A stretch of DNA of 64,000 nucleotides, from NCBI RefSeq assembly GCF_018977255.1, contig NW_024704742.1, forward strand, positions 28,336,001-28,400,000, in the 5' to 3' direction. The position numbers and the translations under genes were made by a program. Shown here piece after piece: positions 53,437-64,000 of this stretch. The number at the start of each line of letters is the position of its first letter. Position 1 is the first letter of the stretch. The notes below the pieces were generated by a model that searched no databases, had not been told where the DNA came from, and saw only the letters and a list, made by a program, of their open reading frames with translations. The stretch comes from Callorhinchus milii. Lineage: Eukaryota.

Positions 53437-54216
53437 GAATATGTCAATGTATATCTTATCATTTATTTCCTGGCAATCTGCTGTGAAAAATGTACCTAGT
53501 AAGCAAACTGTTCCAGTCATCTGACTTCCTATACCTTCAGAGCCTGTCGTTATTTGTTGTTCTACCTTTTCCTGTGTTATCCATTTTCTTACATTGCACC
53601 AGCATGCTGTGCTTTTCAGCTACCAAACAATAAGCAAAGATAAAAATAATTACATTTTCTTCAGTATGTAATGTTATTTGCCCTAAAGAAGAACTAATAT
53701 CTAGCTGTGATTTGACGTATTCTGCATTTATTTATATACAGCACAACCTTTGCTCTTGTGGTTTAATGTATCTTCAGATTTTGAGATTTTAATTATCACC
53801 TCGGCTTGCCTTGCCAGTGTCTATTTTCCTATCTCTAGCACACGTAGTGTGTTTCATTGAACTAAATACAAATGTAAGTCTGGAATTCTGAAGGAAACCA
53901 TCTGGAGATGTCACACTCGCTTGACTGTGAGATCATTGCTAATCTAGAGGTGTGAGTTGCATTTCTATAGTTCTGAGATTTCAGAAAGTGTTACAAATAC
54001 GTAAAACATCATGATAGGCTGGGCGTTAGAACAAGTATCTTCCACAAGTACGGCTGAATCAAAAATAAAAAAACTGCAGTGGTTTCCCCTCTTAGCTGTA
54101 CAGATATGAAAGACATAAAGACATATACAACAACTTGTGTATAGCGTGCCTCACCCAGGGTAGCATCCCAGAGATATTGTGGGGTTTCATTTACTCAATT
54201 TTTTAACTGGAATATT

Positions 54217-54849
54217 TAATAATAATATAATAATCCTTGCATTTGATATAGCACTTTTCACGTCTTGTGGAGTCCTGTAGCTCAGTGGTTAGAGCACTTG
54301 CTTTGCAAGTGAGAGACCTGAGTTCAATTCCAGGCAGGGCAAAACCTTGGGCAAGTTTCCTTACTCCACACGTCTAATAATAATCCCTCCAAAACCAAAA
54401 ACAATAATAAATTGGTCATTTTCAATCTATGACTGTTTGTGGGACATTGCTGTGTGTAATTGGCTGCCGCGTTCGCCCACAAATATACAGTCAATTCACT
54501 TTACTTGTGTGAAGCGCTTTGGGACGTCCTCCCGACGTGAAAAGCGCTATATCAAATGCAAGGATTATTATTATTATTATTCTAGACATCTCAAAGCACT
54601 TCACAGAATATACTGTAAAGTGAATTGACTGTATATTTGTGGGCGAAACGCGGCAGCCAATTGCACACAGCAGTGTCCCACAAACAGTCGAGGATTGAAG
54701 TGACCAATTTATTATTACTTTTTCTTGAGGGATTATTATTAGGCGTGTGGAGTAAGGAAATTAGCTCAAGGTTTCACCCTGCTGGAAATCAAACCCAGGT
54801 CTCTCGCTTGAGAGGTGAGTGCTCTAAACACTGAGCTACAGGACTCCAC
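54217..54849 (-). mobile_element. Full-length SINE (short subfamily) hosting a nested insertion
   Basis: Split at cacgtctt|ctagacatc; 7-bp TSD GAATATT at 54210-54216 and 54850-54856. Confidence 0.92.
54267..54581 (+). mobile_element. Young full-length SINE nested antisense in another SINE
   Basis: gtggagtcctgtagctc to (att)n, inside the tail of the host copy. Confidence 0.95.
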
Positions 54850-55232
54850 GAATATTCTAAGGAATTCTAAAATAGGCACAAAAAGATCTTTTTTCTATCC
54901 CAAAAGTCGATGGATGCACCTCTGATAATTCAGCAGTCACTAGACATTTCACTGGACTGTCAGTCTTGACTATTAATCTCAAGACCCAATATTGGGCTTT
55001 GAGCTCACCACCTTCTAATCCAGAAGTGAGGGTGGAGCAATTCCAACTGAGCCACACTGACATCCTAAAATACTAGAAAATAATAAATACAACTTAAGCA
55101 CATGGGAGGGACCCTACTTCTGGTTGTCATCAATACATCATACTTGGCAGTCCTTGAGGAATCCCATTAGAAATAGACCACATATTAGACCCCAAATTTT
55201 ATTCAATAGGTTGGGCCGGACACTATCAAGGG

Positions 55233-55600
55233 ACAATACAATACAAACGTATAGCGCCTTTCACATCAGGCGGATGTCCGAATGTGCTTAATAATACTGG
55301 TTTAGCTGGGGTGGGAACCGAAGGGTATGGGAGGGGAAAAGTGACAGAAAGCGAGTTCAAAGTGATGGGTCTTGACACGGACTTTGAACAAGGTGAGGGA
55401 GGGAGGGAATCAGAGGGACTCTGGGATGGAGTTCCAGAGAGTGGGGGCAGAATGGCTGAAAGCTTGACTGGCAAACCTGGGGCAGGTAAGATAGGGACAA
55501 GAAAACCAGTTGGTGCCTGCAGAGTGAAGGGAGAGGCCAGGTTAGGAAGGTTTGAGGAGGTCGAAGGGGCAGGGTGGGGCAAGCTCATGGAGGGAGGACA
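55233..55600 (-). mobile_element. L2 3' fragment
   Basis: caatacaatacaaacgtatagcgcctttcacatc tail; gggatggagttccagagagtgggggcagaatggctgaaagc. Confidence 0.82.
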
Positions 55601-55919
55601 TGATNAAAAAAAGTATGGGTAGGATTACGCTGGAGTTTGGTGAGTAACAATGTGGTGAGGTCTCTGAAGGAATGTGATTGATAATAGTGTGGAAAAAAAC
55701 ATTGTTTGATACCAGGTGCTTTTTTATGTATATCACAGCTATTTGCCTGTGCCTATATTGAACAAAACCTGTTTTCTGTGAAAATTGCTCATGAATGAGT
55801 GGTGTTATCTCATTGCTGCACAGTGCTACTTATGGTATAAACAGAGTCTGCCTGCTGTGGACAGGCTCATTGGAATCAGAATTTATCCAACATACTAATA
55901 ATTACAATATAATGATCCT

Positions 55920-56070
55920 TGGTCATTCACTTCATGGTGTTTAGAATTGGCTGTTGCGTTCACCTATGAATACACAGTCACTAACTTTACAGTAAAATTC
56001 TGTGAGGAGCTTTGAAACGTTCCAGTGACATGGCAAGGCACTATATCCAATGCAAGGATCAGTGTTATTA
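55920..56070 (+). mobile_element. Deu-SINE 3' fragment
   Basis: ggtcattcacttcatgg...attggctgttgcgttcacc...ctatatccaatgcaagga. Confidence 0.65.
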
Positions 56071-58624
56071 AGAGCCATTTGTATGCGCTGCTCTTTAGTA
56101 TCGTTAAAGTAACAGAGTTTTGATGTTCTGAACATACAGCGTGATGTCTAAAGTGTTACCTTGTCACTTCCCTTTCCAGTTCGGCAACAAAACACAACGC
56201 TCTGAGACTTTACCCACCGACCCATGTGAAAGGCACTACATTAAATGCAAGTTGTTGTTGTGCAGTGCAAAGTATAAATTAGGCGTCTCTCTTCACATCA
56301 CTTGTGAGTGAAAAATAGGCAGCAACACAACCGTTTGATAGACTGCAATATCTTGTTTTGAATGATTTCATTCGTAGTGATGTGTGTTCTTATTTGTATC
56401 AGTCAGTCTTGTTGAGCCAAAAAAACATTTCTACCCAAGTCTACGTAAGTGACTGCCGCTTAACGCTTTACCCCAGTATCCTTTTCTAATGCACATTGGC
56501 ATTCAGTTGCAATTGACCATATAAAGAACAGTATAGCTGAAATTCTTGCGTGGGAGAGAGAAGAAGAGATGAAACTGGAGCGAAACCACCATTTAGCATC
56601 AGTGACAGCCACCAGACGCCCTTTGCACAAGTCAAAATTGCACTTACACTGACAAAACATGATCAAATTGGGCCCAAAGTCTCTGGTGAAGCAACGTTTG
56701 AAACATTTTGACTCTGGGTCTGTCAATGATAATGTTATTCAAATTGAAATTCCCCTGTGCCATTTTGGAAAAGGGTGGGAAAAAAAAATTCTTTGCTTTA
56801 GCAGTCGAGGAAAGTAATTACGTTTCTTAAAAATCAGGACAGCTTTTAATTTATAATTCGTTTTCCTGAAAGACTTCAGCCAAAATGAAAATGGGGGTAG
56901 GGTTCATTAATTCTTCCTCCGGTTTAAGAATTCACACACAAAAAAAAATCAGCCCATAGGACTGACTTTTAACTGACAGCTGTCCTACTCGTCCGCTAGC
57001 TTGGTCTTTCGCAAGCAGGGCTGCTTTTGGAAATAACAGTGAGTAATTGAAATGTGAATGTCAGTCCAGACATGAATGTGAGCTGATCTGCATCACTATG
57101 GACAGATGTCAGAGACTTTCTAACAGCTGTCATGACCATTTCAGATGCTCAACAATCAGTGACCTTGAACTAAGCACAGTTTAACCAATGAAGGAGGAGT
57201 TGATAGGAGGGTACACGGACTTGGGTGTTGGGCACTCATTTCACAGTTGTTCGTCTGCTTTGCCACAAGCAGTGAAATCCAAGGCAGATGTTCGTGGGAG
57301 CCATGCCAAGAGTGTCCAATGCAACAAGGGAATCGTTGGTGAAATGTGAGAGGCCAGATTAGTTTGATCGCATTGAAAGCTGTGAAAATTTGCTGTTTAC
57401 CTATTCAGTAACTCAAAAATGGATGGCAAACCGCCAAGTTGTATTGGAGGGTCAGCCCACATTAGATCCAATAAAGAACTGAGCAGGTGAAAGCTCGGCC
57501 AGTATTTCAACTGAGAAATGCAATACGTTCAAAGCCTTCAGCTTGAGCCATAAAAGAGTGCTGAGATTGTAACTGGTCTGTGTTTAAGTGACTGATACCA
57601 TGCAGAGAGCAGTCCAGTTGTTAGACGATGGTCCATGCTGGAAAGCACACAAAGGTGAACATTTGGTGAGGACAGAAACAAGCTGAATTTTCAACGTTGC
57701 CCCTTCCAGTGAAGAAGCCAACACTCCCTATTCAAAAATAGCAACAAAAAATTGTATTTATGTAACGCCTTTCACATCAGGGCGACTAAGATTCAGTCTC
57801 AGATATGAAAACATTGGTGAAGATTGGCACTAGTGTCCGAGTGAAGGTTTCAACGCCCGCTAGATAATTGATAACCCACTAGGAGCCAGCAGAAATATAA
57901 CCACTAATTGACCCAGCGTACTTTCAAACCACCATGATAGCCAGAGTGTTGGGTGGAGAAATTCCCTAAGCTCCTTATCTCTGTCGTGATGTAACGGATG
58001 TATATGACGCACAATTGCTCTCACCAAGGTATGATACTACACCTTCAGAATAGAAGGAGGGAAGGAAATTTGGAGCAGGAAAGACAAAAGTAAAACATAT
58101 TGCCCTGGTTTGCAGAAAAGCAAAATCATGTTATTGACATCTGCTTGAACCTTGTGATGGGTGCATAGGAAGTGATAGGTATTGGCATGTGGACCCAGCC
58201 ATTAACTTAACTGCCTTTGGCTGCTCCAAGAATCTACCCGCATGCAAGATGACTGGCAAATGCATACACTGCCCCAGGAAACCTACTTGGGGGGGAGGGA
58301 GGGGGTCACCAGGTGAGGGGGATGAAGGACCTATTTGCATAATGCTTTACATTAGTGAATCACTTGTCAACAACCATTCAGAAGCAAACCTGAAAACGAG
58401 GAATGATTGCAAGGAAAGGAAAGCACATTGAATTGATATCGCTCTGCTTCATGTTAAAAAGAGAGACTGTAAATCCGAAAAGAAAAGAAAATGACAGTTT
58501 TTATCTGCTCTGTGGTTTTACTTATGGATATGTGGTTCATGTAATGTTCTATTTGAGAGTTGGTGCCTTGGAGCCAGGTTCAAAAGACTGTCTTTCTATC
58601 TGTGGGCTATTTTTATATATCTGA

Positions 58625-58649
58625 GTGTGTGTATATATATATATATATA
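58625..58649. repeat. (TG)n(TA)n compound microsatellite
   Basis: Direct reading. Confidence 0.85.
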
Positions 58650-61084
58650 AATATCTGCATTTAAAATTGGTGTCTTTAAATATATCCCGGTTCTTCACAT
58701 GAAGCAAAATAGATTATATTCGATCTCTTAATGTGTAGCAGTGGAACCTATCGCCCATCTTTATTGGCTATTGATATATTTCTGATCAGAAAAAAAATAT
58801 CCTCCTATGAATTATTGGAATCAGAATCATTGAATAATAATTAACAGGACATGTATGCATTCAGATTTATGTTAGACTAATAGTGTACAGAATTATAAAT
58901 GAAAAAGGTTGCTGTTATTTGTTGTATTATTATTCAGCTGGCTGTGATTAATTTTAAAAATCCCAATTGTTTATGAACTGGCTGAGATAATTAAAATGAC
59001 CTTTTGTGTTTAACGTTACATTTTAATAGTTTCTGAAATCCTCTCGGTGAACATTGACAAAGGGGGATACCAGCAGAAAGTCACGAGTATCATTTTTGGA
59101 CTCTCCAACACAGGGCAATAATTGAGAATCAAATTTGCACAATATTCCATTTCACGCACCTTTGCCCACACAAAAAGACTTAATGTATTACTTTAATTTA
59201 ATTTTACAGTTGGAAAGTAATTTTTCATGGGCCGAATGTGACAGTTTACTTCAAGTACTAATGATATATTTGCAGCATGAATTTATTTTAAAAAAATAGA
59301 GCAAACGGATGAGTATGAGACGTAGTGCCTGTGACATTTATTGTACAAAAAAAAGCCAGTATTTGTTACTGGATGCAATAAGCAGGCATCCTGTTGTACA
59401 AAATGCACGGTAAATAATTGACGAGCTGCATTACTCCAATTATGTTTTACTAAATATAGCATAAGCTCATTTGAAGTGCACTTACTGAAATTGTCAATAT
59501 AAATAGAAAAATCTGATTAAGTGCAAGCTACATTCCTAACACCCTAATGTTTATCTTTGCAACACTACTTCAGAGTTGCATAGAGATGAAAAGCAATATA
59601 AATGCACATGACTGTAATTGTTATTATGTGGATGTAAATGAAGTCTTGCAAATTAACAAGTGGGATCTCTGTGTGTGTGTGTGTGGCTACTGGGTAGGCT
59701 TCCAATTTACAAACCCTGCACGTATTTCACAGGTTAGCTAACTTGCTTCTCAAAGGTTCGGAGCAGTTGCTAGGAAACCTTTTTTTTATATTCTTTTCAG
59801 TTCTCATATAGCATTAGCTTTGAAATTGATGAAACTGTCCCTTTAGGTACAGAGGGATTTAAGTTGAGTCAGGCAGAGCCACTGAAATTGCAGCACTGAT
59901 AAGCAAACAGTCAGGTTCTTTATGCAGGTAATAATAGTCAACTCAGTGAGACAAAAGGACACAGCGTATTCCATTCCTCCTCCTTCTAAAGCATCTTTTT
60001 TTTGAACAGCACAATCTTGTAGTCACACAAAAAGAGAGGTAAACTCCTAAGACAGAGTACAATCTGCAGTTTGTCTTCTGACATGCTACACAGCAACGTT
60101 GGGCATCAAAAAATGAAAGCTACCTACAATTGCAGTAAATTACTTCTCGCTGAAGAAACGTGCGCTTTATTTCCTTGTCCTCTGAAATTCTCCAGGCAAT
60201 GCTTCAAAAGCTCACCCTGGAACTTTCATGGTAAACGAGCGAAAATTACATATGAAATGAATTTGCAGGAAACTCAATCTCTAGCTCACATTTGGGCGGA
60301 ATCCTGCCTCTCGTGAAACATTTGACAAAGGCTGCTCATTAGTTACAGGCGTTTTGTAATCCAGATGTTTAACAGCCTAAAGGACGTGTGAGCGTTTGAG
60401 GACTGAGCATTTTCTGTCACAGCCGCGGTCTGACAGATGCCATTTTAAATGGGTCTGCTGTAGGTCAGGGCTGAAGCTTGCATGTCTGGGACAATGCCAG
60501 TGCAGCTTTGGAAATGCTACCAGCGACAGGCTGGCTGAGTGAGCACTGGTGGACTGGAGGCCATTTAGAGGGTCATATTTCCCTCTATTGCAGACAATGA
60601 CCCAGACGCGTAAAGAACTGAAACCGACCGAAAAAGAAATCATCCCAAAAATGTTGTCACAGTTGCTCGTTTCCTATCCCCAAAGAGTTTAAAGTGAATA
60701 AACCTGCGTACATTAATGAAGCACAACTTGAGAAAAGCTAAATTTCAAAAAACAATAAAGCTTTCAATGGTAGTCTTTAAACACACCACAAGATTGGTAA
60801 TATTTATCTGTGCAGGACTGTGTCAACATTGGGGAGAGATGAAAGGAGAAAATTAGTAAAATGAAAACAGAACAAATAAAAAGCTTGCAGCCTTTTTTAA
60901 ACAAACCAGCATGTGTTAATATTTATCCTTGTGATACCTTCTCAGCTATGCATTAAGAGAAAGCAGTATATAAATGAACAGTTCTGTAAGCACAGAATGA
61001 GAAAAATCTCCCCCATTAAGAGTAATTTCTCCTTATGCATCATCCCCGCTTGTCTGCTTTAAAATGTTTTCTTATACATTCCTA

Positions 61085-61285
61085 ATCCTTGAACTGTATC
61101 CTCTGCGTGATGGGAAGCCAATGGAGTCGGGCGAGGATGGGGGTGATAGGGTCACGGAGCCTGGTGCAGGAGAGGACATGGGCTGCAGCCTATGGAGGGA
61201 GGAATTAGGGAGAACGACAAGCAAGGAGTTTGCATAGTCAAGCCTCAATGTAATGAAAGTATGTATGAAGATTTCGGTGATGGGT
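61085..61285 (-). mobile_element. L2 internal fragment
   Basis: EIFIHTFITLRLDYANSLLVVLPNSSLHRLQ. Confidence 0.8.
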
Positions 61286-61494
61286 CCTATATAAATGTAA
61301 GTTATTGTTGTCATGCTTCACTTAGCCTTAGCGCTATTTTTTAACCCCGTGTTAACCTTTCAAAAATCAACACTGGTTGAGTGAAGGAGAGGGGCAGGGA
61401 AAATGTGTTGTAAGCAAAACCACATGATCTGACAGTATAGGGTGATTATCATCAGGAAGTGACCTTATTTCAAGTAACAAGAAGAATTAACTGG

Positions 61495-61882
61495 AAAACA
61501 TTTGAGCAATTCAACAAGCTTAGGCTCTTCAGTCTTGAAAGGAGATGTCTCAGAGTAGATCTCAGAGAGGTATATAGGATTTTAAATGGGATTGAGAAAC
61601 TAAACACAGAACAATACTTTTGGATGTGTTAAGATAGCAGAATAAACATACACAGGTTTAGGGACAGAGACCAGCAAATATTTCTTTACAGAAAGGTTAA
61701 TTATCGACTGGAAAAGGTGCCAAGAAAAGTAGTTGAGGCCAAGACACTGGACTCGTTTTAAAACAAAATGCTTGATGTTGCAATCAGGAGGACAGTGCAT
61801 TGTGTATTCTTGAAAAATAGGATTGAATGGCCCGTAGGAATTTTTTATCCAAGACTGTTTTGTAATCTTATGATTTCTATGT
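61495..61882 (+). mobile_element. Old CR1 3' fragment
   Basis: aagcttaggctcttcagtcttgaaaggagatgtctcagag (LGLFSLERR-like), tttctttacagaaaggtta, gaatggcc, cttatg tail. Confidence 0.72.
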
Positions 61883-62729
61883 GATTTTTTGTGGATCTAG
61901 CTGTTTGGTTTGCTTATGTTGCAAGCCTAGATAACCTGAACAGTGTAACAAACTTGAACTAACTTCAGATGAGACATTAGACTTTGGAGCTTCTGACTGT
62001 TCTGGTGGATTTTAAAGATTGCATGATATGATTTGAAAAGAGTTGGGAGTTATTTTGTTGCCCTGACCCCAGATTAAGTGTCCATTTACCTTCATTTACT
62101 TTTATGGGTCCTTGGGTTTGTGGATTCTTGTGTCCAAAATAAATCTTGTTTTTTTCCTATGAACACTACACTTGACAATAATTACAAGAGTACATGAAAC
62201 ATTTCAACATGATGAGGCGCTACAAAAATCCACGTTGTTTGTGTTCCTCTATTTCATGTGGTTTCCATGGAGCACAAAAATCATGGAGGAAGTTATAGTG
62301 CGAGACATTCTCAAAGTACTCTTGAGACATCAACCTATGTGAAGGAAAATGTTGTTGTGGTTGAGATACTCAGTAACAAACATGGGAAGGGAAGATGAGC
62401 AAGTGCTATTTACTAACATTATAACCTTTCATTTCAAACCAACCCAATTATAATTATTCCATTCATTTAGACTGGGGAGTGGAGTGATATGTTTTGTATT
62501 GAACTTTCCAACAACATTGATTCATTCTAAAACGTATATATGTTTCCAAACGTTTTCCTCTTCTTATACTAGAGCGTGATTTCACCAGCAGAACACCATC
62601 AGTATGTTGTCTGAGTGGGAATGATTCATGCCTGAGCCTGGACAGTGAGTGTTGGCAAAGCTATAGGTGTTAATTGTGGCCTGCATCACATCTGAGCTAG
62701 ATTGGGTCCTCAGGCATCTTATCCACTAC

Positions 62730-62985
62730 TCAGATGAGACATTAAAGCGAAATCCCTTCTGTCTGTTCAGTTGATGGCACTGTTCATAAAGTGAAGGGAG
62801 TTTCTCTCAGTGTCTTGGCCAGCAATCCTCCGCATAAAACTGGTCATTCACTTCATAGTGTTTCTGGGACACTGCTGTGTGCAAACTGGCTGTTGCGTTC
62901 ACCTTCAATCACTAAACTCTGCAGTAAATCATGTGAAGCACTTTGACATGTTTCAACAATGCAACGATTATTATTATTAATATTA
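62730..62985 (+). mobile_element. SacSINE1-like Deu-SINE 3' part
   Basis: cagatgagacattaaagcg...gtgtcttggccagcaatcctc...gggacactgctgtgtgcaaactggctg...(att)n. Confidence 0.72.
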
Positions 62986-64000
62986 TAATACTTACATGTG
63001 CACAGTGTGCAACCTGGATAATGATTGGAAGTGGATCTCTGGTTCATTTATTTTTATTCAACCCACTGCCCCCCACACCACCCCAAACGCTAAGATTGGG
63101 TGTAATGCTACCCACTTTCCCACCTACCAAATTTGTTGTGGCACAATGAAAGATTAGTGCATCTGCTGTATATTAGAAATTATGAATGATAGGCAACAAA
63201 ACTGCTTCACCATATCCATTTACCATGCGCAGGCACTATCTAGAGTGTTTTGTCTCTTTGGTGTCAGAGTGTGTTGCCTACAAATAAGCGTAATGTACAC
63301 CAAATTAACAAGGACAGCGAGCTGCAGCTTACTCAGGCTTCACAGCTCAGAGTAAGTACTACTTTAATTTTTAATTTCTTAAAGGGATTAAGTTCTTCCA
63401 AGTCCCTTTGTAGGTACTTGNAAAAAAACACAATCAGTTCTTTAAGGTAGAACAAATAAAGCATGAGGTGGAAACAAATTGGGATTATAGTTAGCTTTAC
63501 TTGCGGAACTAGCAGTAAATAATATTAGGCTTATTGGCTTGAATGGTCTTGTATTGTTCTGTGACCAGTGATTCCATGGAGAGCAATATTCTTTCACAGT
63601 ACTTGGAAATTAAAGAATATTTCCGCATAGAAGGATACCATTCAGTCCAACCCACTGGCTGGCTGGTTCTCTCAAGGATTTATCCATTTAGTTCCACTTT
63701 TTCTACCTTTTCTCACACCCTTCTACATTTTTCTTTTTCAACCATCTGGCTATTTTATTGCAAATAAAATCAATAGAATAGAATAGAATCACTTGGCCAG
63801 TGCTGGTGCATTTATTTAGGAATCTAAGCATCTATTCACTTGTCCTCTTATTCAGAGCCTTTGAGGTCAACAGTGCTTCTGCTTGCTTTTGTGACTTTAT
63901 ATCAGCAAGCTTCAAGTGTTATATGAACGAATGCTCATGATGTGTTCTGTAGCAGTGGAAGTGGAGGTGAAGATATCAATCAGTGAGACTCAGGACCCTG

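Noticed and set aside
43938..54834. Repeated ORFs ending [12 protein letters not shown] or containing VWSKETCP as a gene family
   Set aside because: Chance translations of the SINE consensus and its (ATT)n tail.
55605..55605. N base (also at 63421)
   Set aside because: Assembly ambiguity next to a poly-A run, not biological.
58311..58345. EGDEG as the next DIAPH exon (EGDETGVMD)
   Set aside because: No following VMDxLLEALQSG and no suitable acceptor. The similar agggtgatgag at ~16095 lies in a CR1.

Overview
Repeat-rich vertebrate genomic DNA, most likely from a cartilaginous fish. The dominant tRNA-Ala/Deu-domain/L2-tailed SINE resembles chimaera (Callorhinchus-type) SINEs as I recall them; the species is inferred, not shown. 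The only supportable host coding sequence is one 127-nt internal exon on the + strand (25310-25436) of a Diaphanous-related formin (DIAPH family), encoding [42 protein letters not shown] just upstream of the DAD motif. I found no neighbouring DIAPH exon, so the rest of the window appears to be two very large introns. These contain about 15 near-complete copies of one SINE family (older long and younger short subfamilies), older SacSINE1-like Deu-SINEs, 5'-truncated L2 and CR1 LINEs (one young 1.15-kb CR1), and a probable decayed PIF/Harbinger transposase. No prokaryotic-type system, CRISPR array or functional RNA gene was seen. Most interesting: the exon is divergent and paralog-ambiguous (possible fourth DIAPH ohnolog); a SINE tail change matches a resident L2 tail; a recurrent ~55-bp tail-only retroelement; several fold-back, nested or inverted rearrangements; and a TALE-homeodomain motif cluster in a repeat-poor block. 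Repeat boundaries were read by eye and are approximate.
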